Counted from the first letter of the whole stretch, positions 1 to 15,064 are shown. The stretch is DNA of 63,667 nt, filler included, from Octopus bimaculoides (GCF_001194135.2; 6 parts of 6 records of this genome joined end to end with filler, not necessarily neighbours in it), one strand, 5' to 3'. Numbers and translations are program-made. Notes: a model not told the origin generated them from the sequence alone.

Positions 1-150
1 GCTGGTATGCATGGGGGACTACTGGTCTTCCATAAAAACAACCCTGGGTTGTGCGTTCGCCGGTGAGGCAACTTTCCACCCAGACTGGTACCCCGGAGGA
101 GAACCTCTTAGGTGCACACATGGTCATTCGTGACCAACGGAGTCGAGTTT
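1..150 (+). mobile_element. 3' tail of a tRNA/CORE-type SINE (same family as 22266-22589)
   Basis: GCTGGTATGCATGGG..ACT.CTGGTCTTCCATAAAAACAACC..CTTAGGTGCA matches the reverse complement of 22280-22370. Confidence 0.65.
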
Positions 151-189
151 CTAAAGTCAAAAAAAAAAAAAGAAAAGAAGCTCTAGTCT

Positions 190-367
190 ACTCAGCTAGC
201 AAAAATGAATTGTACCTCTATTTCAAAGGGCCGGCCTTGTCCTACTGTGTCACGCTGAATCTCCTTGAGAACTACGTTAAGGATGCACGTGTCTGTGGAG
301 TACTCAACCACCTTACAAGCAGGCTGTTCCATTGATCGGATCAACTGGAACCTCGTTGTCGTAACCG
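190..367 (+). mobile_element. 3' half of a tRNA-derived SINE (family also at 5581-5853 and 20648-20815)
   Basis: TTTCAAAGGGCCGGCCTTGTC..GTGTCACGCTGAATCTCC..GATCGGATCAACTGGAACC is the reverse complement of 5590-5760. Confidence 0.75.
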
Positions 368-629
368 TTGTGAATATATATGTGAATGGTAGGCTGCCGT
401 TGGTAGGCCGTCGTTCGAAAACGATACGGCTGCTCTGTATAGCACGTGGTACGACCACATAGTGACTGTCGCTAGCTGGAGTAGAATTACAGCTAAGTAT
501 ATTTGGGAAAGAAAGATTGAACAACATAACAATGGAACCGAATGCTTTGTTTTGTCTGTGATAACTGTTTCAGATTGAGAAGACCGTTGAAACCAAACGG
601 TACGGATTGATTGGGTTGTCCTGTAGTAG

Positions 630-970
630 TCCTATATACACACATAAACGCGTGTACACACACACAAGCATACATTTATATATATATATATGTAAATATA
701 AATATGTACATATACAAGCATGCGTATGTATATATATGCATATGAACAGATATATATATATATTTGTTTGTTCATATGCATATATATACATACGCATGCT
801 TGTATATGTACATATTTATATTTACACACACACATACACACACACACACACACACANNNNNNNNNNNNNNNNNNNNNNNNNNNNNNNNNNNNNNNNNNNN
901 NNNNNNNNNNNNNNNNNNNNNNNNNNNTATATATATATATATATGTACATATATTTATATGTGTGAATGT
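630..970. repeat. (TA)n/(CA)n microsatellite mosaic with an internal ~90-bp duplication and a gap
   Basis: Direct reading. Confidence 0.9.
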
Positions 971-1164
971 GTGTATATTATTAGAGTCTGTCATATTGTA
1001 ATTGATGGGCAATTAAGTGGGAAAAATGGTATCTGGTTGTTCAATACTAGCAGGGTGTATGTGTAAACGTATAAATTTATCTGTATGTTTATGTGTGAGG
1101 GAAAGTGTGAGAGATGGTTGACGTGTGTATGAGATTGTGTGAGTGAGTATATGTGTATGTGTAC

Positions 1165-1254
1165 GAGAGAGAGAGAGAGAAAGAGAATCAGAGAGAGTGC
1201 GTGAATGAAAATCAGAGTGAGAAAGAATCAGAGCGGGAGAGAGAATGAGAGAAA

Positions 1255-1290
<36 letters not shown>

Positions 1291-1410
1291 CAAAGAGAGG
1301 GAGAGAGAGAGAATCAAAGAGAGGGAGAGAGAGAGAATCAAAGAGAGGGAGAGAGAGAGAATCAAAGAGAGGGAGAGAGGGAGAGAGGGAGAGAGGGAGA
1401 GAGAGAGTAT
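1165..1410. repeat. (GA)n tract containing a 24-bp unit GAGAGAGAGAGAATCAAAGAGAGG repeated about 4 times
   Basis: Direct reading; source of the spurious ERERERIK ORF. Confidence 0.9.
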
Positions 1411-2360
1411 GTGTGGATACTGTTACACAATCATAGAGAAGCGTAGATGAATTCTTCAGAAATTCGTTTCGTAATGCTGGGTGTTTTCGATAAGCTTCTT
1501 TTACCAGAATTCCTGGGCTGGAATCAAATGGGACCGGATCAGATCGGGTCGACTCAAGTCATGTGAGTGGGACAATGGTGTAGTAAGAAGATTGAGTCCT
1601 CCATCTCCACTCCTAGTGAAGCCCCTGATATTCTGCGCCGTCCCTATTTAGGCTTATACGTCAGACTCAAATGTGCAACCCTCTTAAAAACGTCGCCAGG
1701 AGTGGACCACTCGCATTTTCTCCCCCTCACTCCACCCCCCACTACCTATACCACTTAATTGGAACTTGATAGAAAGATACTGTATGAAGCCCGCTGATGG
1801 ATGTTTTGTGTAAGTTAAAGGTCTCATCATGCTAATATCTGAGAATAACATTGAATGTACATGTGCCTACGAAATACTCAACCACATAAACGCCTGTCTA
1901 CTTTAATTAATCGAACAAGTGAATATACATTGTCGAAACAGCTGTAGATCGGTTTAGTAAGCTCATATAAATATATTCAATTGGACAAGCATGTTTGTTA
2001 TGGAAATACGTGGACCCTGCCTCGAGATTATGTTAAGAGTACAAATGTTCGCCGAAACGCTCTCATTTACAACTAACATTTTAGTAGAATAAACAGAGAT
2101 TTGTCTACCGAAATACTGGAATATTCAAAACTCACACACAGACACACAGACATACACATACAAATATACATATACACTCACACGAATATATGTAATTAAT
2201 GTATATTTTCATGTGTGTCTGTGTGTGTGGTGTATACATATATAGGTTTGGTAGTGCAAACAAGATAATTAGAAGTGAAACACAAGTACGTAGGCTATAT
2301 AAGTACACACACATACACACACACAAGCAAACATACATACATACATACATACATATACAC

Positions 2361-2397
<37 letters not shown>

Positions 2398-2733
2398 CAT
2401 ACAAGGGCAAGTGAACGGAGGAAATGAAAATTTAGTAGGAGTTACATATATTATTAGGAGGCGAATAAAACTGTTTTAAATAATATATATAAATATATAT
2501 AAATAGATAGATGCACACACATGCAGACAGACATATAAAGCCTCACGAACACACACACGTAAACACATACACACACAGAGACTCACACACACACACACAT
2601 ACACACACATACACACACACATAATATAAAATATGATTTTTATACGCACTGAGAACTCATGCTTTAGTAGTTAATTTTCTTCCTATAACAAATTCATAAT
2701 TATATTTAATTATATTTCTAAATTTACTTGTAG

Positions 2734-2789
2734 AACATAAATAACGAATACAGTACTACCATCAATTAATTTAATTGCTAATTTCTATG
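2734..2789 (+). other. Candidate non-coding (5'UTR or lncRNA) exon
   Basis: Acceptor TATTTCTAAATTTACTTGTAG| and donor ATG|GTAAGT; stops in all three frames. Confidence 0.3.
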
Positions 2790-2917
2790 GTAAGTTGAGT
2801 TTCATTTCTTCTTAATTGTAACTTCATTTCTAAATGTATTCATTTATATTGAACTAGATTGATTGAAAAATGCAACAGTCTTGTCTAGTTATTGATTTCA
2901 TTTGCTTATTCCAACAG

Positions 2918-3008
2918 AGATTCAGCGGAATACGGTTATGATCCCTCTCATTTTGTCGATCATTCCAATGATGATTGCTAAGAATATGTTTTTATCAACT
3001 TATTCATG
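2918..3008 (+). CDS. Candidate exon, possibly first coding exon (MIPLILSIIPMMIAKNMFLSTYS.., ATG near 2938); product unknown
   Basis: Acceptor TTGATTTCATTTGCTTATTCCAACAG| and donor CATG|GTGAGT; one frame open throughout; no homology recognised. Confidence 0.3.
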
Positions 3009-3539
3009 GTGAGTTTTGAGTTTCTGCTGTGCTGTCTGAATAATGAATAATACAATTTTTCGATTGATTGTGAAATCAAACACGCGCGAGTGTGTAAGCA
3101 TGGGTGTTTCCGTGAGTACGTCTGTTATATACATGTGCATTTTTATATGCGTGTATTTGTGCACGCGCACGCGTGTATAAATATTTATATATGTATATAT
3201 ATGTAAATACATTATATATGTGAATATGCATATGCATACATATATATATATATGCATATATATACATATATATATANNNNNNNNNNNNNNNNNNNNNNNN
3301 NNNNNNNNNNNNNNNNNNNNNNTCTATTTATACATATATCTAATTGTATTACATGCGTAATAGAAGGGATGACCACTAAGTGGACATCCGATATGCTAGA
3401 AAGAGGTCATCAACGACCCAACCACAAAGAAAAATAATCTTCTCCGGAAAAAATTCACCAAACACCAGAATTGGTGTTTGCTAAATTTGTTCAGGAGAAC
3501 ATGCAGACGTCACAACAACGGGCTCAAAGAGATAATACT

Positions 3540-3812
3540 TCCAGCGCTCCGATCATAACTCTTATCAGTTTTACATTACTCTCTCATATTCCATCCAGTC
3601 TTGCCATTTCCACTTTCAATTCGCAGTAGTTGGTGATTTTTTTCAACCTCTTTACTCACAACATTCATGTCGTTTGGTATGGCTACATCAATAATCTGAC
3701 AGTATTTGTCTCTCTTACTCAATATGACAATATCCGGCCGACGGTGTTCGATTACAAGATCCATCTCAAAATCATAGTCCCAGAGTATCGTTACTTCTCT
3801 ATCCTCCTTCAT
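3540..3812 (-). pseudogene. R4/Dong-type non-LTR retrotransposon, restriction-like endonuclease (RLE) fragment
   Basis: VTILWDYDFEMDLVIEHRRPDIVILSKRDKYCQIIDVAIPNDMNVVSKEVEK, then frameshifted ..MIGAL; PD..D..K RLE motif. Confidence 0.85.
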
Positions 3813-5294
3813 ATTATTATCATCATCATCATTATTATTATCATTATTATTATTTTTATAATCATCATCATCTTCATCATTATTATTGTTATCAATCAAT
3901 AAGAGGAGTACGACTATTATCGAACGAACAATATTTCGACACTTCGCGAGTCTTCCTCAAGTTCAAAATAATCATCTCAATCGACTTCATTTTGGTAATA
4001 TTTAAAGACTGACATTACTAATCCAAAAGGTAAAGAAACAATAAGAAGTGACGATTATTTTGAACTTGCGGAAGATACACGAAGTGTCGAAATATCGTTC
4101 ATTGCATAACAGTCGCACTCTTCTTATGGTTCCTTTACCTTCGGGAGGAGAAATGTCAATCCTTAAATATTATTCTTATCATTCATATTATTTATATTAC
4201 CAGTATTATATATGCACTTACGTACACACATAGACATGCGTGTGCATATATATGTATATATATATGTGTGTGTTTGTATGTGTGTGTGTATGCATGTATT
4301 TATATGTGTATGTATGTGTGTATGNNNNNNNNNNNNNNNNNNNNNNNNNNNNNNNNNNNNNNNNNNNNNNNNNNNNNNNNNNNNNNNNNNNNNNNNNNNN
4401 NNNNNNNNNNNNNNNNNNNNNNNNNNNNNNNNNNNNNNNNNNNNNNNNNNNNNNNNNNNNNNNNNNNNNNNNNNNNNNNNNNNNNNNNNNNNNNNNNNNN
4501 NNNNNNNNNNNNNNNNNNNNNNNNNNNNNNNNNNNNNNNNNNNNNNNNNNNNNNNNNNNNNNNNNNNNNNNNNNNNNNNNNNNNNNNNNNNNNNNNNNNN
4601 NNNNNNNNNNNNNNNNNNNNNNNNNNNNNNNNNNNNNNNNNNNNNNNNNNNNNNNNNNNNNNNNNNNNNNNNNNNNNNNNNNNNNNNNNNNNNNNNNNNN
4701 NNNNNNNNNNNNNNNNNNNNNNNNNTATATATATACATATTTATATATATGCTTATACATATACCAGTACATACCTGAGTGCGTATGTGTGTATGTATAT
4801 ATATATGTGTGTGTTTGTATGTGTGTGTGTATGCATGTATTTATATGTGTATGTATGTGTGTATGCATATATAGACACGTGTATAATCACATTGGGTGTT
4901 TGTAGATAAAAGTAAACAATAAATAAATACGTAAGTCACAAACGACAACAACAACAAGAACAATAACAACAACAACAACAACAATAACAACAACAACAAG
5001 AACAATAATAACAACAACAATAATAATAATTTATGGAAATGATATATGCTATGTCAAAATAATCAATGGAAGTCTAATACTGCTAATGATATCGTTGTAT
5101 ATGACGCTGAGAAATTATATTTTTTTCCGATTAATTAGACAATGAACTAATTAACAGGAATTCGCTCATAAATCATTAGTCGACAGATTTATTCCCCAAA
5201 TGAAGAGCTGGTTTATAAGAATTATTTTTTCGTTGTGATCATTATTATTATTGTTGTTTTTGCCGCTGTTGTTGTTGGTGTTGTTGTGGTAGCT

Positions 5295-5480
5295 GTTAAC
5301 CCCAGGGCAACTATGAGTTTAGTACAATGATTTATGACATTCCAATCGTGGCCATTCTGGTTATTGAATAATAAGTTCATGACTAGTATTTTATTTTTAA
5401 AAAAGTGTACTTTTATTTAATGTGTTAGATGTGATAGGGGTGAGATTTGGCTGCCTTTTCTAGCGAAGTCAGTTAATCAA
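5295..5480 (+). mobile_element. Degenerate interspersed repeat (family also near 7520-7725 minus, 20200-20270 and 32710-32810)
   Basis: Shared GTTAACCCCAGG..CATTCCA..TGAG(GG)AGATTTGGCT motifs between copies. Confidence 0.5.
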
Positions 5481-5580
5481 ATTAAGATTAAACATCCCCT
5501 AACGGGTTCATCAAATGTTATGTGAATTGCAGGAAATATTATAGAATTGTGTAAGTACATAAACACACACACATGTTGTT

Positions 5581-5853
5581 GTTGGCACTCCGTCGCTTAC
5601 GACGTCGAGGGTTCCAGTTGATCCGATCAACAGAAAAGCCTGCTCGTGAAATTAACGTGCAAGTGACTGAGCACTCCACAGACACGTGTACCCTTAACGT
5701 AGTTCCCGGGGAGATTCAGCGTGACACAGTGTGACAAGGCTGGCCCTTTGAAATACAGGTACAACAGAAACAGGAAGAAAGAGTGAGAGAAAGTTGTGGT
5801 AGAAGAGTACAGCAGGGTTCGCCACCATCCCCTGCCGGAGCCTCGTGGAGCTT
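5581..5853 (-). mobile_element. tRNA-derived SINE body and tail; head lost in the gap
   Basis: Homologous to 190-367 and to the post-head part of 20648-20815 (AAAGCTCCAC..GGTGGCGA..CTGT/TTGTACTCTT). Confidence 0.8.
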
Positions 5854-6257
5854 TNNNNNNNNNNNNNNNNNNNNNNNNNNNNNNNNNNNNNNNNNNNNNN
5901 NNNNNNNNNNNNNNNNNNNNNNNNNNNNNNNNNNNNNNNNNNNNNNNNNNNNNNNNNNNNNNNNNNNNNNNNNNNNNNNNNNNNNNNNNNNNNNNNNNNN
6001 NNNNNNNNNNNNNNNNNNNNNNNNNNNNNNNNNNNNNNNNNNNNNNNNNNNNNNNNNNNNNNNNNNNNNNNNNNNNNNNNNNNNNNNNNNNNNNNNNNNN
6101 NNNNNNNNNNNNNNNNNNNNNNNNNNNNNNNNNNNNNNNNNNNNNNNNNNNNNNNNNNNNNNNNNNNNNNNNNNNNNNNNNNNNNNNNNNNNNNNNNNNN
6201 NNNNNNNNNNNNNNNNNNNNNNNNNNNNNNNNNNNNNNNNNNNNNNNNNNNNNNNNN

Positions 6258-6438
6258 TATTCCTCCATGTGATAGGCTTGAAAAATGATGATATTAAAAT
6301 ATTATCTTAACATGAAACCAATGGTAGCCTTAATGCACAGCTAAGGAAATTTCATCCACCAATGCGGTGTTGAGCACTCTTCCTCATTGTTCGACGTTTA
6401 TGTGTGTAAGTGGGTGCATGTATATATATATATACATT

Positions 6439-6473
<35 letters not shown>

Positions 6474-6876
6474 GTATGTATGTTCGTATATGTATCTTTG
6501 TATGTATATCGACGAGGGCATGCGATTTCAGGTCCGACACCTGTTTCTCAGTGCTCAGAATTACGTAATAGTCGTAATGATAGCAGAATGTTGCAGATTA
6601 AAGCACCATTCAAAATGGAGACGAAAACTATTCCTCCATGTGATAGGCTTGAAAAATGATGATATTAAAATATTATCTTAACATGAAACCAATGGTAGCC
6701 TTAATGCACAGCTAAGGAAATTTCATCCACCAATGCGGTGTTGAGCACTCTTCCTCATCGTTCGACGTTTATGTGTGTAAGTGGGTGCATGTATATATAT
6801 ATATATACATTTATGTGTGTGTGTGTGTGTGTGTGTAAGTATGTATGTTCGTATATGTATCTTTGTATGTACATCG
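6258..6876. repeat. Near-identical tandem duplication, period about 371 bp
   Basis: 6258-6510 repeats at 6629-6876, differing in (TA)n/(TG)n lengths and two substitutions. Confidence 0.9.
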
Positions 6877-7307
6877 ACACTAACATACGATGCACACAGC
6901 AAAAACACTCGAAGCACACATACATTGTTAACTGCCTAAACCGAATTCTACCATTATTATTGAATTGTTGGATACGTCATGAATCCAGAATACGTTTTAT
7001 ACTCAACAACAAATACACTCTGTGTTAGAGCATGTTGCAAAATGCACGAAATATATATAAAAAATAAATAAAACGTTTTATCGTCAATACGAAACGAGAA
7101 ACATGGAAGACGCGTAACATTCTTAAGACAACTCAACTAATGTAATAGAGAAATTTTTCAGAAAACACGGAAGCCGAACGCATATGTATGTGTATATATA
7201 TATANNNNNNNNNNNNNNNNNNNNNNNNNNNNNNNNNNNNNNNNNNNNNNNNNNNNNNNNNNNNNNNNNNNNNNNNNNNNNNNNNNNNNNNNNNNNNNNN
7301 NNNNNNN

Positions 7308-7343
<36 letters not shown>

Positions 7344-7519
7344 CAGAGAGAAAGAAAGAAAGAAAGAGAGAGGTAGATAAATAGATAAACACAGTTGCAC
7401 AATCATAGCGAAAGAGAAAAACACACATTTACGTATACGCATACACAAGTAAACACATACGCACGCACGCATTCACACACATAAATAGCCAACATCACAG
7501 GTGGAGAAAGAAATGTTCG

Positions 7520-7725
7520 TGCAATCACTAGATTTGCAAGAAACAGCAGGCAAATTTCCTTGAATTCAGACGTTACCCGCTATAGCAAAAGTGAAAGAAG
7601 GTAAGGATACATTAGACACTGTAGTCCTAGATATACTATGCCTGGAAATAAGATGAGGTGATCAAAGCTGTCATATATGTGTTCATAGGTTAGTTTGATC
7701 GACGCTGACCTGAGGTTAAACAATA
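7520..7725 (-). mobile_element. Interspersed repeat, same family as 5295-5480
   Basis: Ends GCTGACCTGAGGTTAAACA, reverse complement of the family head. Confidence 0.5.
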
Positions 7726-7879
7726 TACACACATACACATCAAATCACACACACACACGTACATGTAGACATACAGGCACACATACATACACACACACTC
7801 ATGCACAGCATTTTGATGTCGTATGACAATACATTTGCGACGATGAGGCATTACATCAGACAAAACCAAGCAGAAAACA

Positions 7880-7921
<42 letters not shown>

Positions 7922-8942
7922 NNNNNNNNNNNNNNNNNNNNNNNNNNNNNNNNNNNNNNNNNNNNNNNNNNNNNNNNNNNNNNNNNNNNNNNNNNNNNNN
8001 NNNNNNNNNNNNNNNNNNNNNNNNNNNNNNNNNNNNNNNNNNNNNNNNNNNNNNNNNNNNNNNNNNNNNNNNNNNNNNNNNNNNNNNNNNNNNNNNNNNN
8101 NNNNNNNNNNNNNNNNNNNNNNNNNNNNNNNNNNNNNNNNNNNNNNNNNNNNNNNNNNNNNNNNNNNNNNNNNNNNNNNNNNNNNNNNNNNNNNNNNNNN
8201 NNNNNNNNNNNNNNNNNNNNNNNNNNNNNNNNNNNNNNNNNNNNNNNNNNNNNNNNNNNNNNNNNNNNNNNNNNNNNNNNNNNNNNNNNNNNNNNNNNNN
8301 NNNNNNNNNNNNNNNNNNNNNNNNNNNNNNNNNNNNNNNNNNNNNNNNNNNNNNNNNNNNNNNNNNNNNNNNNNNNNNNNNNNNNNNNNNNNNNNNNNNN
8401 NNNNNNNNNNNNNNNNNNNNNNNNNNNNNNNNNNNNNNNNNNNNNNNNNNNNNNNNNNNNNNNNNNNNNNNNNNNNNNNNNNNNNNNNNNNNNNNNNNNN
8501 NNNNNNNNNNNNNNNNNNNNNNNNNNNNNNNNNNNNNNNNNNNNNNNNNNNNNNNNNNNNNNNNNNNNNNNNNNNNNNNNNNNNNNNNNNNNNNNNNNNN
8601 NNNNNNNNNNNNNNNNNNNNNNNNNNNNNNNNNNNNNNNNNNNNNNNNNNNNNNNNNNNNNNNNNNNNNNNNNNNNNNNNNNNNNTAAACGAAACCAAAA
8701 CAAACAACTAGATTAGCTGTGGAATCTCAACGTCAGAAATGAACAAACTCAAAAATCTTAGCGCAGATACAATATATGTGGAATAAAATAAGAAAAGAAA
8801 TGAATGAAAAGATAATAAGAACCAACCGCTTCTAATCCTGACGAAGATTATGCTATCAATTACACCCTCATTTCCATCATGCCAATCCCTTGATGCCCAC
8901 TGCAAAAATGAATCTGCGTGTATGAATATATATATATATATA

Positions 8943-8990
<48 letters not shown>

Positions 8991-10033
8991 TATATATGTA
9001 TGTATATTGCATTCAGAGTTTCAGCGTTGCCACGTTGCTTTCTTCGGGTGGGTAAAATATCCACCATTTTATCTGCTGCTATCACGAGATATATTTGCAT
9101 GATAAAATAATAATAACCGTCTCAAAAAAAACTCACTTCAGTTTGTCATCTTTCCATCAACTAAAGCACACCAAAAAGCCATCGTCATTGTACTTTGATG
9201 CTGTGTTAAAATTACTACTTTTAAAAAAACATGCCACCACATTTTATCCGATATGTTATCACAACAGATTTTTCCATTCCATTCAAAGCATGAATCAGCG
9301 GTTTCAAAACATTAATGGATTTTGCGGTGTTATTTTTGCAAATAAACATAAAGCAGATATAAGGATATATGAAATTTTTTTTTAAAGTCTTTAATAGGTG
9401 TAATAACCTTCATCAATACAACATGTTCGAAAGGGAAAACGTCTCATCTGCAGTCGGAACAAGAATTTCATCGTTATGTTTAGGTGATGGCATATGTTTC
9501 AAATAAATTTATCTATGTATGTATGCATGTATGTATGTATGTATGTATGTATGCATGTATCTATTTATCTATCTATCTATCTCTTGCTCTCTCTCTCTCC
9601 TCTTTCTGTATATATATGTGTATATATATATCATATATCTATATATACATATATATATATNNNNNNNNNNNNNNNNNNNNNNNNNNNNNNNNNNNNNNNN
9701 NNNNNNNNNNNNNNNNNNNNNNNNNNNNNNNNNNNNNNNNNNNNNNNNNNNNNNNNNNNNNNNATTGAAAGACATTCAAATTCATATGTAGAAACTCCTA
9801 CCTACAGCTGTTTCCACACCCAATCCTTTAATTTTAACTTCCATTCTTTTTCTCTTAATAATGTCTTTCTATCTTAACTGTCATAACACCATCAATGAAC
9901 TATTTTGTATCATATCGGCATGAATAACTAAATGAAATATATATATATATATGCGTGTACGTTTGTATATATATATATATATATATATATGAATGTGGGA
10001 ATGTATACATAAAGACAGAGGTTACTAGATAGT

Positions 10034-10100
<67 letters not shown>

Positions 10101-10272
10101 AGAGAGAAAGACAAGCACAGACAAGCTTATATGCAAAACCTTTTAAGCTCTGACAGAGAACAGCAACTAAAATAAATATTTACTTTGTACGTCTTCAATG
10201 ATTCTTTGCTCGCGTTCGTAAATTGAAATATGTATATATAAGTTCACGAATACTCAGTTGCTTACATATATA

Positions 10273-10510
10273 CGAGGGGGTGCCTAAAAGAAACAGGATT
10301 TTGACAAGGTTACTTCCTTCTCTTGGTTTTACATATTTGCACTTTTATAGCCTTCAAAGTATTCTTCATTTAAAGCAATGTTTCTGGGAGAAAGGTTTTC
10401 CACTGTTCGAAGCAATGCTGGAACCCTTGCGATGTGATCCTCTTTAACACTTCGGCTGGTGTTTTCCCCAGCATCTATATCGGAGAGCTTTGTGACGAGA
10501 TCCAAGTCTA
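10273..10510 (-). mobile_element. Mariner 3' end remnant with TIR
   Basis: TA|CGAGGGGGTGCC mariner-type end; minus strand GFQHCFEQWK../..NEEYFEG transposase C-terminus. Confidence 0.7.
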
Positions 10511-10727
10511 AATAAAGTACCTATTTCATAATATGGATTATACATATAACCTGAATGAAACAATGAAATATTTTATACATAATCCTATGAGAAAAGCAAG
10601 ATATTACCCTCCACCTACGATATCATGCTTTGATTAAAAGGTTACAACACACGTAACTTATCGGTGTTTTCATTTTTATTATACACTTGTTAGGCATTTT
10701 GTAAGGCATAAAACAAAGCGTGAAGGT

Positions 10728-10900
10728 GCGTGGCCCTGTGGTTATCGTGTTACACTCACGATCGCGAGATACTGGTTTCCATTCTCAGACAAGCGATGCA
10801 AATGTACAAAACATGTCATCTGTCACTCTAGGCCAGTTAGTTATGAATGGGTAACCCTCCGAGGGACTGGCGTTCCGTTGAAGAAGAAAATTGGCCTGCC
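10728..10900 (+). mobile_element. Degenerate tRNA-derived SINE
   Basis: A-box-like GTGGCCCTGTGGTTA, B-box-like GGTTTCCATTC, downstream CCCT.CGA.GGACTGGCGT.CCGT. Confidence 0.6.
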
Positions 10901-11485
10901 TGCTGAGCCAGCAGAATTTGCATCATTCGAAACCAACAACAATGGGAGGAAACCCATTGTTACTTGCTGTCTATAACCACATCCGGTAGTCGGAACTAAA
11001 CGGCGATAAAATCGAAACATTGAATCTGATCGCAGGTAAATAAAATGAAAACAGTAAATATCAGTGTTTTATTTTCAAAGTAACGTACGTGTAATTGCGC
11101 TGATTATGTTAAGCTCAGACATGGAGGTGAAATTCAGCTCTCTCGAAAAAATAAGGTCTTATGCTTGCTGTACAAAAAAAAACTCCAAAAAAAATCCATG
11201 ATTACTACATACAAACTTCATGATAAATGCTGCCCTGTGCATCACACCCATGTCAGGTATGCGAAACTTGAGAGAGTGGGTACGTCATCAATGATATCAC
11301 TATGAGCTAGAAAGGCTGACAAGTTACCAGTATTTATCTAAAAAATCGAGTTTTTGTTTAATGGTTACTGTTCGTATATCACGTTTTTGGTATATAAACA
11401 AAACCTGGAATTTTATCAAAGACAAATGTGAAGAAAACTGGATGTCAGCATTATATTTGTAATGTAACAATGATGCAAGTGTAGG

Positions 11486-13006
<1,521 letters not shown>

Positions 13007-13029
13007 ATATATATATATATATATAGGTG

Positions 13030-13072
<43 letters not shown>

Positions 13073-13105
13073 ACATATATATATAGGTATATATATATAT
13101 ATTTG

Positions 13106-13137
<32 letters not shown>

Positions 13138-13639
13138 TTCATATACATTATGTATGTATGTATGTATGTATGTATGTATGTGAGTATGCATGTATGCATC
13201 GCTTAAACCGAAAATGAAATACTAAATTCTATAACTAAATCTCATTATATTCCCATCTTCAATTCTAAATTTAATAATGGCAGTTTTGTTCTGAATTCAA
13301 GGCACTTTAAGTGTATCGTCTCTATACACGGAGAGATCTTCTCTGAGTTAGCTTGAGGATATACTAAATAGATCTGTATATTTTAATCTATATACCTTGA
13401 TTTATTTCCCACGTATGATTGTATTTACGATATTCACATATAAGGATTTATATATGTGTAAATACAAATTTGTTGCTAGTTCAAATATGCTTCAGGCATA
13501 TTCGAACCCGTAAGAAATCTGTTCTTTGTATTTTGTCATGGAGAAAATTTCTCGCCGTAGAGAAACAGGAGTAAATAACCGTGTCAATATATATATACAT
13601 ATATATACAAGAAGTTGCTGAAAAGATAAATAAGGCTAA

Positions 13640-14070
13640 AATATCATTTATAACAATAGAAAATTTATTCGCCTGAAAAGACGTAACAGTATACGTAAAT
13701 GGAAGCTATTTAACTGTTTTATTGTGTCAGTTCTCTTCTGCCGAGCAGAAACTTGGGTAAGGAACACAGCAATGGAGAAGATAGAAATCTCGGAGTTGAA
13801 TGAGTAGAATAATCTGAAAAAACAGGGTAACAAACCTGAAAGTCCGAATGCAGCTTACCGTCAAGTAGAGAAAGCTGTCATATTTTAGTCACAAAATAAT
13901 CCATGGATCAAAATAATCCATGAAGCCATTTTGGTTGGAAATATGGAGGAGAAGAGAACAAAATGGAGTTGACAACGTGTGGACTGGCGACTTCAAAATA
14001 ATGAACTGGGAACAAGGGCCTTGCTGATTGTTTGACATACAGCACAACACAGAGGGAACTGAGCATAGGA
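13640..14070 (+). pseudogene. RTE-clade LINE C-terminal fragment
   Basis: KLFNCFIVSVLFCRAETWV.., LSYFSH.., EAILVGNMEEKRTKWS*QRVDW resemble RTE ..L.YG.ETW / GH / ++G.+EG.R.RGR motifs. Confidence 0.7.
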
Positions 14071-14471
14071 AGGACATCTGGATGGTAGCCAATGTCTATC
14101 TTGCGACCATGCTGGAGCATTGCCTTGAGGAATATTTTGTTGAATTTTTGTCCGGTTCGTTTATTTTCATGTTTTCCTGTAACTGTTCCTGACGAAGAAC
14201 CATTTGAGGGTCGAAGAAGCACTCTCACTCTTCCATTTTGAATGGCTTCTTGGAAGATTCTCAAAAGTTTTCTTTCTTAATAGTCAAGCGTTTTAGACGT
14301 ACATACATAATACATACGCATACACACAAACACACACATAGATACACACAAATACACGCACACACACGCACACACACACATATATATACGTACATATATA
14401 TATGCATATATATACACATATATACGTATACGTCTATATCTATCCATCTATCTATCCATATAACGATGTAG

Positions 14472-14539
<68 letters not shown>

Positions 14540-14860
14540 TACCACCAGAAAGTATACTATGACTTCATTAAACCAGCTCAAAGTTAGATGAAGAATCTTT
14601 TGATGTGCAATAAAATCTGCTATATCAGACAAGCTATGTTGAAAAATATCTGGAAAACGAGAGTTTTTCTTTATCAATTTACGTAATAGTACAAAGGCAT
14701 GTGTTTATATCAGCACAAATACCACAGACACAGTCTTACCTGTATCGACACACATACCTAGGCAACGTTTCCTGACGCAAACTACATCGGTTCGTCCACC
14801 TCCAACAGATTTAGTTTCTCTAGACAGTTTTTTCTTTTTCCCTATAATTATTGTAAGATC

Positions 14861-15062
14861 AGGCAGCGTCGTTACCGCGGCTAGCACAATGCTTAATGGT
14901 ATTTCGTCTGTCTTCGTGTTCTGAGTTCAATTGCCGCCGAGGTCGACTTTGCCTTTAATCTCTTTCTGGGTCGATAAATTAAGTACCAGTTGAGAAACGG
15001 GATCGATGCTGTCGACTAGCATTCTCCTCTAAAATTTGGGGACCCGTACCTATAACAGAAGG
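14861..15062 (+). mobile_element. SINE monomer (GAGGTCGACTTTGCCTTTCATCC family)
   Basis: Same family as monomers at 11681 and 11900. Confidence 0.8.
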
Positions 15063-15064
15063 GC

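Noticed and set aside
4212-4864. Direct repeat across a gap (4220-4324 vs about 4780-4864)
   Set aside because: Microsatellite mosaic duplicated on both sides of a gap; most likely contig overlap.
6525-6560. Minus-strand GAAACAGGTGTC as hammerhead stem III in the tandem duplication
   Set aside because: Upstream core is CTGAGCA, with no stem II and no stem I pairing.
14189-14216. Hammerhead-like CTGACGA A GAACC..GGGTC GAAG
   Set aside because: GAAA is mutated and no stem III or cleavage triplet follows; at most a dead remnant.
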